A DNA stretch of 63,992 bases, filler included, from an uncultured Myxococcia bacterium (lineage in GTDB: Bacteria > CAZTWC01), in the NCBI GenBank assembly GCA_964617105.1. It is 5 parts of 5 records of this genome, joined end to end, with 100 filler letters (N's around TTAATTAATTAA, not from the genome) between each part and the next. Parts side by side here need not be neighbours in the genome. Positions count along the whole stretch, not along the records: positions 14,485 to 28,678 come from CAZTWC010000072.1; positions 28,779 to 42,749 come from CAZTWC010000074.1; 3 more parts are not named here. One strand, written 5' to 3'. Made by a program: the position numbers and the translations under genes. This document shows, piece after piece, positions 19,625 to 30,968 of this stretch. Numbering within the stretch: the stretch's first letter is position 1; the number at the start of each line of letters is the position of its first letter. Below the pieces are notes generated by a model. It was not told where the DNA came from, did not search any database, and worked only from the letters and a program-made list of their open reading frames with translations.

Positions 19625-20599
19625 ATGCCTGCAAGTGGATTATTATTAATCAATAAATCAATCGGTCCAACCTCTTTTTATATCGTAAAGAGAGTTAAAT
19701 CTCTTTTAAAGGTAAAAAAAGTAGGCCATGCCGGCACCCTGGATCCTAACGCCTCCGGGGTTTTGCCCGTGGTAGTGGGCGAGGCAACCAAACTTATCCC
19801 CTATCTTCACCAGTATGCTAAGCATTATATGGCGGTTTGCCGCCTGGGTATGACTTCTACCTCTGGTGACTTAGATGGAGAGATTACTCTTTGTGTTGAC
19901 AAGATAAATATTCAAGAGGCGCAGATTGCAGAAACCTGTCTTGATTTTGTTGGTGAGATTGAACAGGTGCCCCCCAAATATTCAGCTGTAAAGGTTGATG
20001 GCCGACGGGCATACAAGTTGGCCAGACAAGGGAAAGAGTTCTCTCTGAAAGAGAAAAGAGTAAACATTCACCAAATAAAGATGCTATGTCTGGAAGGTAA
20101 TACCTTTATTATATATGTTAAATGCGGTAAAGGTACCTATATCAGGCAACTGGTGAGTGATATAGGAGATAAACTCGGTTGTGGAGCAGTGGTTACAGAA
20201 CTTAACCGCATCGCTTACGGAAATTTCAGTGTGGGTAAGTGTATCCCCTCTGAACTGATTTATTTACCAGACCCTTTGGATATAGGCAAGAGGGCCATTA
20301 TGAGCAAAGAGGATTTGGAGCAACATTTCATCCCTTTAACCACTGCGCTTTATCAATATCCGGAATTGGAAATTACTCCAGATATAGCCGATAAGATAAG
20401 GCGAGGATTTAATTTTGATTATTTGCCCGTTCCTGTTGACCAATTATCCATTTTAAGAGAAGAGAAATTGGATAAAATAAAAGTAGTAACTACTAACGAT
20501 GATTTGGTGGCTCTGGTAGAGATGAATGGAGAACGAGAACCAAGATGGGCAGAGAATCAATTCCCTATAAAATTGGTTAGAGTATTCCATGGAAATTAA
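19625..20599 (+). CDS. truB: tRNA pseudouridine(55) synthase
   Basis: GHAGTLDP, PPKYSAVK, KGTYIR. Confidence 0.96.
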   Translation: MPASGLLLINKSIGPTSFYIVKRVKSLLKVKKVGHAGTLDPNASGVLPVVVGEATKLIPYLHQYAKHYMAVCRLGMTSTSGDLDGEITLCVDKINIQEAQIAETCLDFVGEIEQVPPKYSAVKVDGRRAYKLARQGKEFSLKEKRVNIHQIKMLCLEGNTFIIYVKCGKGTYIRQLVSDIGDKLGCGAVVTELNRIAYGNFSVGKCIPSELIYLPDPLDIGKRAIMSKEDLEQHFIPLTTALYQYPELEITPDIADKIRRGFNFDYLPVPVDQLSILREEKLDKIKVVTTNDDLVALVEMNGEREPRWAENQFPIKLVRVFHGN

Positions 20600-20725
20600 T
20601 TAGCGCATTGCCTGTCAACAGACCTTGCTGTAGGGCCTAAAGAAGAGAATTGACTTTTTAAATTTTGTAGTATATTTTAAGTAACTTTAGAAAAATTGTT
20701 TATTAATTAGGAGGTATATAACCCA

Positions 20726-20995
20726 ATGCAGATTGCTCGTGACAAAAAGAAAGAGATTATCGATAAATTCAAAAAACATGAAGGTGACACTGGTTCTACT
20801 GAAGTGCAGATAGCCCTATTAACCGAGCGCATTGCCACTTTGACTGAGCACTTTAAGATTCATCACAAGGATCACCATTCCCGCCGGGGATTGCTCAAGT
20901 TGGTTGGACAGAGAAGACGGCTTTTGGCCTACCTGAAGAAGAAGAGTAACGATAAATATTTGAACTTGATAAAAGAGTTGGGAATAAGAAAATAA
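20726..20995 (+). CDS. rpsO: 30S ribosomal protein S15
   Basis: [21 protein letters not shown]. Confidence 0.99.
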   Translation: MQIARDKKKEIIDKFKKHEGDTGSTEVQIALLTERIATLTEHFKIHHKDHHSRRGLLKLVGQRRRLLAYLKKKSNDKYLNLIKELGIRK

Positions 20996-21156
20996 TTTTA
21001 CCTGGGGCAGAACGAATATAGATACCAGGTTGCATCCCAATTTTTTATGGTAATGGGCGAATAATATCTTTGTATAATCTCAAAAAGATAAATTCGACAT
21101 TCTCAATTTTCATATAGCAATTCGGTATATAGCCCTGTTACAAGATGGAGTAATTG

Positions 21157-23247
21157 ATGATTATTACTAAGAGTGTGCAAGTAGGCACAAATGAGATTTG
21201 TTTTGAAGTAGGCAAAATGGCCAAGCAGGCCGGTGGCGCCGTTATGGTAACCAGTGGAGAGACCATGGTGCTCGTCACTGCAACCGCCCAGGATGAAGGT
21301 AGAGAGGGGATAGATTTTTTTCCGCTTACCGTGGATTATCTGGAAAAAACTTATGCTGCCGGTAAATTTCCCGGCGGATTTTACAAGAGAGAAAGTAAAC
21401 CAACCGACCTGGAAACTTTGACTTCCCGTATTATTGACCGGTCGATTCGTCCTCTCTTTGAGAAGGCGTTTCAGTGCGAAACTCAAGTTATCGCCGAAGT
21501 TATGAGCCATGATACCCAGAATGAATCGGATATTTTGGCATTAAATGGGGCATCTTTGGCCCTGATGATTTCCGATATTCCCTTTATTGGCCCCATTGCC
21601 GGTATCCGGGTGGGAAAAATTGGTCCCGATTTTATTGTCAATCCTACCATTTCGCAGTTGGAGGAAAGTGAACTTAACCTGGTAATGACGGTTAATCGCG
21701 ACAGTATAGTCATGGTGGAGGGAGGCGCTCACCAGTTGCCGGAGGAGATTGTTATTGATGCCTTGATGTTTGGTTTTGAACAGGCCCAGCCCATCATCGA
21801 TCTTCAGTTGGAAATAACCAAGGAGTGCGGTAAAGAGAAACGTCAGGTGGTAGTGGAAGAAAAAGATCAGGAATTGGTTGGGGCGGTAAAGGCTGTTACA
21901 GATGACAAGTTGACCGATTTGCTGGCAATTTCTGATAAGCAGAAACGCTCCAAAGCGATTAAGGCCTTTAAAAAGGCCACCGTAGAAAAGTTGGTGGAAT
22001 CTTTCCCAGAAGCGGAGAAAGATATAAAAGGGGTTATTGAAGATGAGATGAAGAGTAAAGTGCGCCAGATAATTTTTAATGGCACCAGGATAGATGGCCG
22101 GCAACACGATGAGGTAAGGTCAATAAGTTGTGAAACTGGTCTTTTGATCCGGGCGCACGGGTCTGGTTTGTTTACCCGGGGTGAAACTCAGGCCATGGTG
22201 GTTGCCACTTTGGGCACTACTCAGGATGAACAAAGGGTTGAAAACATTAGGGGTGAAAGCTCCAAGCGCTTTATGCTCCATTATAATTTCCCCCCTTTCA
22301 GCACAGGTGAAGTAAAGTTTATGCGTTCTCCGGGACGGCGGGAAATAGGGCACGGAGCCCTGGCAGAAAGAGCCTTGTTGCCGGTTATGCCCGGAGCGGA
22401 TAAATTTCCCTATACGGTGAGATTGGTATCAGAAATTCTGGCCTCCAATGGTTCTTCCTCTATGGCCTCGGTTTGCGGAGGATGCCTGGCTTTGATGAAT
22501 GCTGGCGTGCCGATTGAAAGTCCGGTGGCTGGGATTGCCATGGGGTTGGTGGAAGGGGAGGATCAGACTGTTATCCTTTCTGATATTCTGGGTGATGAAG
22601 ATCACATGGGAGATATGGACTTTAAGGTAACCGGTACCTCAAAAGGGATTACCGCCCTGCAAATGGATATCAAAATAGAGGGGATCAGCAAGGAGATTCT
22701 AACCAAAGCACTGGCTCAGGCCAAACAGGGGAGAGACTTTATTCTCGGTAAAATGCTGGAAACCCAGGCTGAATACAACCAGGAGTTATCTCGATATGCG
22801 CCCAGGATAGAAACGGTTAAGGTTAAAAAAGAGAAAATTAAGGATGTGATTGGTCCCGGTGGATCTCATATTAAAGATATCGTGGCCAAAAGCGGCTGTG
22901 GTGTCAATATAGATGATGATGGCACCGTGCATATCTCTTCGCCTAACCTGGAAAATATTGAGAAGGCTAAGAAGATGATCAAGGAGTTGACCCAGGAGGT
23001 TGAAGTTGGAAAAACTTACTTGGGTAGGGTAACCTCTATCAAGGATTTTGGCGCCTTTGTTGAGATTCTGCCGCGACTTGACGGGTTGGTGCATATCTCC
23101 GAATTGACCGATAAAAAGGTGGCTCGGGTCACCGATGTGGTTCAGTTAGGCGATGAGATAATGGTCAAAGTTATTAACGTAGATAGAAGCGGCAAGGTTA
23201 AACTCTCTCGGCGGGAGGCTATTGCCGATGGGCGGAAACGCCGGTGA
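21157..23247 (+). CDS. pnp: Polyribonucleotide nucleotidyltransferase (PNPase)
   Basis: FFPLTVDY, RREIGHG, SNGSSSMAS, GDMDFKV, KH and S1 domains. Confidence 0.99.
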   Translation: MIITKSVQVGTNEICFEVGKMAKQAGGAVMVTSGETMVLVTATAQDEGREGIDFFPLTVDYLEKTYAAGKFPGGFYKRESKPTDLETLTSRIIDRSIRPLFEKAFQCETQVIAEVMSHDTQNESDILALNGASLALMISDIPFIGPIAGIRVGKIGPDFIVNPTISQLEESELNLVMTVNRDSIVMVEGGAHQLPEEIVIDALMFGFEQAQPIIDLQLEITKECGKEKRQVVVEEKDQELVGAVKAVTDDKLTDLLAISDKQKRSKAIKAFKKATVEKLVESFPEAEKDIKGVIEDEMKSKVRQIIFNGTRIDGRQHDEVRSISCETGLLIRAHGSGLFTRGETQAMVVATLGTTQDEQRVENIRGESSKRFMLHYNFPPFSTGEVKFMRSPGRREIGHGALAERALLPVMPGADKFPYTVRLVSEILASNGSSSMASVCGGCLALMNAGVPIESPVAGIAMGLVEGEDQTVILSDILGDEDHMGDMDFKVTGTSKGITALQMDIKIEGISKEILTKALAQAKQGRDFILGKMLETQAEYNQELSRYAPRIETVKVKKEKIKDVIGPGGSHIKDIVAKSGCGVNIDDDGTVHISSPNLENIEKAKKMIKELTQEVEVGKTYLGRVTSIKDFGAFVEILPRLDGLVHISELTDKKVARVTDVVQLGDEIMVKVINVDRSGKVKLSRREAIADGRKRR

Positions 23248-23687
23248 AAGTAGGAGTTAAGCGGTTCTCATCTTTAGAGCCCGTACTGCCGCTGCCCCAA
23301 TACATGACTGAAGGGGCTAGCGGTATGGATTTATACGCAGATATTGAGGAAACAATTCAGGTAGAACCATTGCAGCGGGTGTTGATTTCCACCGGCCTGG
23401 CTTTGGCGATTCCAGATGGATATGAGGGACAGGTCAGACCCCGTTCCGGTTGGGCTATTAAAATGGGTATGGGTATCTTAAATTCTCCCGGAACCATTGA
23501 TAGTGATTACCGGGGTGAAGTTAAGGTCGGCTTGATCAATTTCGGTGAAAACCCAGTAACTATCAAAAGAGGAGACCGGATTGCCCAGTTGATTTTTATC
23601 AAAGTGGAGCAGGCCTGTTTAGTTGAGTTTGATGAGTTAAACCGTACTGGCCGTGGTATAGGAGGCTTTGGCCACACCGGACGCTAG
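23244..23687 (+). CDS. dut: dUTP diphosphatase
   Basis: SGMDL, RPRSG, GTIDSDYRGE, RIAQ, GGFGHTG. Confidence 0.97.
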   Translation: MKVGVKRFSSLEPVLPLPQYMTEGASGMDLYADIEETIQVEPLQRVLISTGLALAIPDGYEGQVRPRSGWAIKMGMGILNSPGTIDSDYRGEVKVGLINFGENPVTIKRGDRIAQLIFIKVEQACLVEFDELNRTGRGIGGFGHTGR

Positions 23688-23748
23688 AATGAATTTGGAT
23701 GCATCCGGGCGCCGCAATATTTTTTAGGAAGAGAGTATTTTTTTATTT

Positions 23749-23840
23749 CACACACCTTATTAGTTGCCGTTCGGCAACTTACTAAAATTTTGGTGCTGGC
23801 CCCAGGTTTTTATGGGGCCGGTTAAAAAGGTGGAGGTTTA
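23749..23840 (+). promoter_or_regulatory. rpsB leader (S2 autoregulatory RNA)
   Basis: CACACACC...GGTGC...GGTGGAGG with internal hairpins (GTTGCC-GTTC-GGCAAC; GGCCCC...GGGGCC) directly before the rpsB RBS. Confidence 0.7.
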
Positions 23841-23859
23841 AACCAAAAGGAGTATTATT

Positions 23860-24747
23860 ATGGCTACACTATCAATTAAAGAGATGCTGAGTTCGGGATT
23901 TCATTTCGGGCACCAAACTAAGAGATGGAATCCCAAAATGAAACAATACATATATGGCGCCAAAAACGGCATTTACATCATCGATTTGCAAAAAAGCGCC
24001 CCCCTGTTTCTTGAGGCCTATAAATTTTTAGTGCAGACCGTGGCCAGAGGGGAAAAAGTGCTTTTTGTCGGCACTAAAAGACAAGCCCAGGACATTATCA
24101 AGGAAGAGGCACATCGTAGCGAAATGTATCATGTTACCAACCGCTGGCTAGGTGGCACCTTAACCAATTTTACCACTATCAGAAAGAGTATAGACCGGTT
24201 AAAACTTATAGAAAAAATGAGTGAGGATGGTACTTTTGAGAGATTAGCCAAAAAAGAGGTGCTAAAACTGCAAAAGGAGAAAGATAAGTTAGATAGAAAC
24301 TTGGCGGGAATTAAAAATATGGATCGGTTCCCTGGCGCTGTGGTTATTGTTGATCCGAATAAAGAGCGAATTGCTGTAGCAGAGGCGCATAAATTTAATA
24401 TACCCATTGTGTCGATAATTGATACCAACTGTGATCCCGATGGGATAGAATATTTAGTGCCCGGCAATGACGATGCCATTTTATCGATTAAACTTTTTGT
24501 CAGCAAAATGGCGGATGCTTGTGCTATGGGGTCTGCACGGTACCAAAAAATATTAGCCAGTCGTCCTAAGGAAACCAAAGAAGTAGTTAAGAAAAAAGAG
24601 GGTATAAAAGTTGGGGGACCCAAAGTGGCATTTGTGAGCAGCAAAACCCACAAATCACCAAAGAATAAAGATGTTAAGCCCGATGCCGGCGCTGTAGCAA
24701 AAGAAGTCGCGGTCCCGGCAAATGAACCGGCAGACCAAAAGGAATAG
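23860..24747 (+). CDS. rpsB: 30S ribosomal protein S2
   Basis: [28 protein letters not shown]. Confidence 0.99.
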   Translation: MATLSIKEMLSSGFHFGHQTKRWNPKMKQYIYGAKNGIYIIDLQKSAPLFLEAYKFLVQTVARGEKVLFVGTKRQAQDIIKEEAHRSEMYHVTNRWLGGTLTNFTTIRKSIDRLKLIEKMSEDGTFERLAKKEVLKLQKEKDKLDRNLAGIKNMDRFPGAVVIVDPNKERIAVAEAHKFNIPIVSIIDTNCDPDGIEYLVPGNDDAILSIKLFVSKMADACAMGSARYQKILASRPKETKEVVKKKEGIKVGGPKVAFVSSKTHKSPKNKDVKPDAGAVAKEVAVPANEPADQKE

Positions 24748-24814
24748 TTTTCAGCCAGGTGAACCTAATCAGAATTAATATTAGTGGAATAGTTTAATAT
24801 AAGGAGTTAAGGTA

Positions 24815-25408
24815 ATGGAAGTTACAGCCAAAATGGTTAAAGAGTTACGCGACAAAACCGGCGTTGGTATGATGGATTGCAAAGCAGCCTTGAAGGAGTG
24901 CGAAGGTGACTTTGAGAAATCTATAGATTATTTGCGCAAAAAGGGGATCGCCTCTGCGGCCAAGAAAAGTTCCAGAGCTGCCAAAGATGGGCGTGTAGGC
25001 TCCTATATCCACATGGGCGGTAAAATAGGGGTTTTATTGGAAATTAACTGTGAAACCGATTTTGTGGCCAAAACCGATGAGTTTCAGGATTTATTGAAAA
25101 ATTTGACCATGCATATAGCCGCTGCCAATCCCGATTATGTTCGCCGGGAAGAAGTGCCCGAGGATCTCCTGGAAAGAGAGCGGACAATTTACCTGGATCA
25201 GGCTAAAGCCAGTGGCAAACCGGAAAAAATATTGGATAAAATTGTAGAGGGCAAATTAAACAAATTTTATCAGATGATTTGTTTGCTAGAGCAGCAGTAT
25301 GTCAAGGATACCAATATGACGGTGGAGGAATATGTTAAGGCCGCTATCGGCAAATTGGGAGAAAACATTATTGTCAAGCGATTTACTCGCTATGTTTTAG
25401 GTGAATAA
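24815..25408 (+). CDS. tsf: Elongation factor Ts (short form)
   Basis: VKELRDKTGVGMMDCK, EINCETDFVA; 197 aa. Confidence 0.98.
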   Translation: MEVTAKMVKELRDKTGVGMMDCKAALKECEGDFEKSIDYLRKKGIASAAKKSSRAAKDGRVGSYIHMGGKIGVLLEINCETDFVAKTDEFQDLLKNLTMHIAAANPDYVRREEVPEDLLERERTIYLDQAKASGKPEKILDKIVEGKLNKFYQMICLLEQQYVKDTNMTVEEYVKAAIGKLGENIIVKRFTRYVLGE

Positions 25409-25420
25409 TAGGTTTTAGCC

Positions 25421-26134
25421 ATGGCATTGGTTGCTAATAAGTATCAGCGTCTATTGTTGAAGATCAGCGGAGAAACCCTGGGCGGAGCCGAGGGGAATGG
25501 CTTGAATGAAGAAGCCATTAGAGATATTTGTCAAAAAATAGAAGAGGTTTACCGCTTGAACTATCAGATAGCTCTGGTGGTCGGGGGGGGAAATATATTT
25601 CGTGGAAACCAGAGCGGATTAAAGGATCGGACAGTGGCCGATACTATTGGTATGATGGCCACCATTATCAATGCTCTGACCCTGGAGCAATATTTGGCTA
25701 ATATTGGCATCAGTAGCCAGGTTTTTACCTCTATGCCAGTGAAAAGTGCGCAACTATTTGATCATCGTAAGGCCATAGATTGCCTGGATAATAACCGGAT
25801 TGCTATTTTTGGAGGAGGAACCGGGCTGCCCTATTTTTCCACTGATACAACTTCTGCCCTGCGGGCTTTGGAGGTCAATGCTCAGGTAATACTTAAGGCT
25901 ACCAAGGTGGATGGCATTTATGATAGTGATCCAGTAAAAAATAAAAAGGCCAAAAGGTTTGCCACAATTTCATACAATGAAGTTCTGGAGAAAAATTTGC
26001 GGGTTATGGACTTGACTTCAATATCTTTATGTAAAGACAACAAGTTGCCGATTATTATCTTTGATATTAATCGCCCACATTCTATTAAGAGGGTTCTTGA
26101 GGACAAAGATCAAGGCTCGGTTATTTGCGAATAA
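25421..26134 (+). CDS. pyrH: UMP kinase
   Basis: LLKISGE, GGGNIFRG, YFSTDT, VDGIYDSDP. Confidence 0.97.
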   Translation: MALVANKYQRLLLKISGETLGGAEGNGLNEEAIRDICQKIEEVYRLNYQIALVVGGGNIFRGNQSGLKDRTVADTIGMMATIINALTLEQYLANIGISSQVFTSMPVKSAQLFDHRKAIDCLDNNRIAIFGGGTGLPYFSTDTTSALRALEVNAQVILKATKVDGIYDSDPVKNKKAKRFATISYNEVLEKNLRVMDLTSISLCKDNKLPIIIFDINRPHSIKRVLEDKDQGSVICE

Positions 26135-26168
26135 ATATTTTGACAGATAAAGCCCGAAGGAGGCAATT

Positions 26169-26726
26169 ATGGGTGCTGAAGTAATAGATGATTTTAAAAA
26201 GCGGTCTGAAAAAGCTATGGAGGCTCTGCAAAAGGAGTTGGGAAAAGTTAGAACTGGTCGGGCTAACCTACAAATCTTAGACGGGATTTCGGTAGATTAC
26301 TACGGCACTCCCACCCCTTTAAATCAGGTGGCATCTCTAGCGGTCCCCGATGCTAAGACTATTACGGTTAAACCCTGGGATAAATCGGTTATCGCTCAAG
26401 TTGAAAAGGCTATAAATATAGCAGATATTGGCATTGCTCCTCAAACTAGTGGAGATCTGATTCGTTTGCCAATACCAGTCCTTACTGAGGAGCGTAGAAA
26501 AGAGTTGGTGAAAATTATTAGGCAAAAGGGAGAAGATAGTAAGATAGTGGTGCGCAATATCAGGAGAGATGCCAATGAGCAATTGAAAGATGCCAAGAAA
26601 GATAAATCAATAAGTGAAGACGAGATGCATAAATTCATTGCCGATATTCAAAAAGAAACCGATGCTTGTATAAAGTTGGTTGATAAGATACTGGATAATA
26701 AAGAAAAGGAATTAATGGAGATATAG
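26169..26726 (+). CDS. frr: Ribosome recycling factor
   Basis: VRTGRAN, YYGTPTPL, LTEERRK, RNIRRDA. Confidence 0.98.
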   Translation: MGAEVIDDFKKRSEKAMEALQKELGKVRTGRANLQILDGISVDYYGTPTPLNQVASLAVPDAKTITVKPWDKSVIAQVEKAINIADIGIAPQTSGDLIRLPIPVLTEERRKELVKIIRQKGEDSKIVVRNIRRDANEQLKDAKKDKSISEDEMHKFIADIQKETDACIKLVDKILDNKEKELMEI

Positions 26727-26743
26727 GGTTTCTTTTTCATTAT

Positions 26744-27358
26744 ATGACAAAAAAGCCAAACAATTTAATATTTGTAGTATCTGGTTCTTCTGGAGTTGGT
26801 AAAACCAGTCTGTGTAAAAAGTTGACTGATGAATTGGACAATTTGCAGTTAACCGTGTCTCATACTACCCGAAGTCCCAGAAAATTGGAGCAGGACGGGC
26901 AAGATTACTACTTTGTTAGCAGTGATGATTTTAATCAAATGTTGCAAAATGACCAGTTTGTAGAGCACGCTGTGGTCTATGGGGAGCAATACGGAACTAG
27001 TTGCAGAACTATCAACCAGATACTAGATGGCGGCAGCGATGTTCTGTTGGATATCGATTATCAGGGAGCAGAGCAAGTTTCAGCGCGATTTGACAACGTA
27101 GTTAAAATATTTGTGATGCCTCCCTCCTTTGCGGAACTAAAAAAACGTCTTGAGGGCCGAAAAACCGAGCAGCAAGAAGAGATAAAAAAAAGGTTACAAA
27201 AGTCAAGAGTGGAATTAAGCAAAATCGATGATTACCACTATTTGATTATAAATGATAATTTTAATGCTGCATTTTCTAGCCTATCGTGTATAATTAATGG
27301 TGAAAGGTGCAGGATTAAGTACCAGAAAAAAAATGTCGACCTGAAAAACTTTTTTTAA
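26744..27358 (+). CDS. gmk: Guanylate kinase
   Basis: GSSGVGKTS, SHTTRSPR, DYYF, YGT, DIDYQGA. Confidence 0.96.
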   Translation: MTKKPNNLIFVVSGSSGVGKTSLCKKLTDELDNLQLTVSHTTRSPRKLEQDGQDYYFVSSDDFNQMLQNDQFVEHAVVYGEQYGTSCRTINQILDGGSDVLLDIDYQGAEQVSARFDNVVKIFVMPPSFAELKKRLEGRKTEQQEEIKKRLQKSRVELSKIDDYHYLIINDNFNAAFSSLSCIINGERCRIKYQKKNVDLKNFF

Positions 27359-27445
27359 ACAGTAGATTAAAAGGTAGATTTGAAGTGACAAATAGGCCAG
27401 TTAAAACATTAGGTTGCGGAAAAAAAACTTTTTATTATTTTTTCC

Positions 27446-27473
27446 TTGACAAATAAACAAAAAGGTCTATACT
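27446..27473 (+). promoter_or_regulatory. rRNA operon promoter
   Basis: TTGACA-N16-TATACT preceded by an A/T tract; boxA-like GATCTTTGAAAA at 27529-27540. Confidence 0.8.
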
Positions 27474-27568
27474 CACATTCTTGCCGGTTGGGAAAAAGGC
27501 TGATTCGTAAAAATCGCCACCCGGCCAAGATCTTTGAAAACTAAATAGCAGATTGTTCGAGCTCTTAT

Positions 27569-28678
<1,110 letters not shown>

Positions 28679-28778
28679 NNNNNNNNNNNNNNNNNNNNNN
28701 NNNNNNNNNNNNNNNNNNNNNNTTAATTAATTAANNNNNNNNNNNNNNNNNNNNNNNNNNNNNNNNNNNNNNNNNNNN
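28679..28778. other. Artificial contig linker
   Basis: N44-TTAATTAATTAA-N44. Confidence 0.98.
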
Positions 28779-29584
28779 AAAACGTGGTAAAACCCAAAGT
28801 CACCAAAGTGCAAAGGGTGGAGATAGGTTTCAGGACCATCTCGGCCACACCACCGGCCCGCTATGAACGGAGGCCCAGGGAAGCCCTGATGCTAAGTGGC
28901 GATGAGAATATTGTGGCAGTGGAATTTATTGTCCAATATAAAATTAAAGACCCTATTGCTTATCTCTTTAATGTTAAAAATCAGCCCCGTATATTAAAAG
29001 AAGCCACTGAGGCATCTATGCGGGAAGTGGTGGGTAAAAATAAAATTGACAGTATTCTGACCAGCAAAAAATTTAAGATACAGCAGGAGGCCCAACATCT
29101 TCTGCAATCTATTATGGATTCATATAAGAGCGGGATAGATATTGTGGCGGTTCAATTGCAGGATGTGCAGCCGCCCCGGGCAGTAATGGCGTCTTTTAAA
29201 GACGTGGCCTCGGCCCGTGAAGATAAAAACAAAATTATCAACCAGGCAGATGGCTATCACAATGATATTATCCCCAAAGCCAAGGGGCAGGCCCAAAAAA
29301 TGATCAACGAAGCCCAGGCTTATGCCAAATCAAAAATCTCCCGGGCAGAGGGTGAAGCCCGCCGGTTTGAAAAAATTCTGGAACAATACAGCAAAGCCAA
29401 GGAGATCACCAAATCCAGACTGTATATCGAAACCATGGAAAATATCCTCTCCAAGGTGGACAAAATTATTGTCAGCAACAAAATGGGTGAAAATGCAGTG
29501 CCCTATTTACCCTTGACCAACAATGGTCTGACTGGACAGGGAAATTTGAATCGGGCTGGCATCACTACCAAAAAGGGGAATTAA
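28779..29584 (+). CDS. hflK: FtsH modulator HflK (5'-truncated)
   Basis: MLSGDENIV, VQLQDVQPP, RLYIETME, PYLPL; precedes hflC. Confidence 0.95.
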
Positions 29585-29595
29585 GGAGAGTATAG

Positions 29596-30465
29596 ATGAA
29601 TAAAGTATTGGTTACTATTATTGTTGTTATCGGGGTGCTGGCAGTGATCATAAGTCAGTCCCTTTTCAGAATTGACCAAACCCAGTCGGCCATAGTGCTG
29701 ATGTTGGGAAAACCTATCAAGACCATCAAAAAACCTGGTCTCCATTTTAAATTGCCCCTGGTGCAGAACGCTATTTTTTTTGACAACCGTTTACTAAACT
29801 ACGACTCATCACCCACCGAGATCATCACCAAAGACAAAAAAAATCTGGTAGTGGACAACTATGCCCAGTGGCGAATAATCGATCCGTTAAAATTGTACCA
29901 AACCGTGCGCAACGAGGAAGGCGCTCAATCCAGGTTGGACGACATTATCTATTCCGAATTGAGATTGGAGTTGGGTAAGTTCAATCTAGACGAGATTGTT
30001 GCTCATGTAAGGTCAAAAATTATGGCTTCTGTGACCCAAAAATCTAATAGTAAAGCCCGTGAATATGGAGTGGAAGTTTTTGACGTACGCATGAAACGGG
30101 CCGATTTGCCGCCGGAAAACGAAAAAGCGGTTTATGGTCGTATGCAGGCTGAACGAGAGAGAGAGGCCAAACGCTACCGCTCCGAAGGAGAGGAGGCGTC
30201 GCTGAGGATAAAGGCGGAAGCGGACAAAAAGAAATCGATTCTTCTGGCAGAAGCCTATAAAAAAGCCCAGTTAATAATGGGTGATAGTGATGCCAAAACT
30301 GTTAAAATTTACTCTCTGGCCTTTAACAAGGATCGGGAATTTTACGAGTTTAACCGCATGCTGGAAAGTTATAAACAGATTTTTAACCCGCAGACCCGTC
30401 TGGTTATCTCTCCTGATTTGGATATTTTTAAGTACTTTAACCTAAAATCTAAAATCAACCACTGA
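29596..30465 (+). CDS. hflC: FtsH modulator HflC
   Basis: N-terminal TM, PGLHFKLP, TKDKKNLVVD, RMQAER. Confidence 0.96.
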   Translation: MNKVLVTIIVVIGVLAVIISQSLFRIDQTQSAIVLMLGKPIKTIKKPGLHFKLPLVQNAIFFDNRLLNYDSSPTEIITKDKKNLVVDNYAQWRIIDPLKLYQTVRNEEGAQSRLDDIIYSELRLELGKFNLDEIVAHVRSKIMASVTQKSNSKAREYGVEVFDVRMKRADLPPENEKAVYGRMQAEREREAKRYRSEGEEASLRIKAEADKKKSILLAEAYKKAQLIMGDSDAKTVKIYSLAFNKDREFYEFNRMLESYKQIFNPQTRLVISPDLDIFKYFNLKSKINH

Positions 30466-30485
30466 CTCGATGACCAGGAAATATT

Positions 30486-30902
30486 ATGAAACTAAAAGCA
30501 CAATATTATCAGAACAAGGCTTTTAATATTCAAATAAGAGGACACGAATATATATGTGACCAGGACAAAGAGGATGGCGGCGATGACAAGGGCATGATGC
30601 CATCGGAAATGTTTATCTCCAGCCTGGCAGTGTGCATTGGTGTCTATCTTCAGGGTTTTTTAGCCCGCAAAGATATAGATATTGATGGGCTGCTGGTGGA
30701 GGCGGACTGGGAAAAGTCCAAAAAGGGCGATGGCCCTAACCGGATCAACAGTATCACTATGAGGGTAACACTGCCCAAAGGGGTGCCAGAGAAATATGAG
30801 CAGGCCCTGTATAGAGTGGCCAACTCTTGTATGATCCACAATACCCTGGAAAATTTCAACACTTTAAAGTGGGAATTGAATATCAACCTTCCGGAAGATT
30901 AA
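30486..30902 (+). CDS. OsmC family protein
   Basis: GGDDKGMMPSE..SLAVC and CMIHNTL (two conserved Cys). Confidence 0.88.
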   Translation: MKLKAQYYQNKAFNIQIRGHEYICDQDKEDGGDDKGMMPSEMFISSLAVCIGVYLQGFLARKDIDIDGLLVEADWEKSKKGDGPNRINSITMRVTLPKGVPEKYEQALYRVANSCMIHNTLENFNTLKWELNINLPED

Positions 30903-30968
30903 CCCACACACTTTAAGAAGAAAAGAGAGTTCCCGACATTAAATCGTAAATCGAAAGGAGTTCAAAAA

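Noticed and set aside
24815-25408. Short 197-aa EF-Ts as a truncation
   Set aside because: A known natural short form; intact start, stop and operon context.
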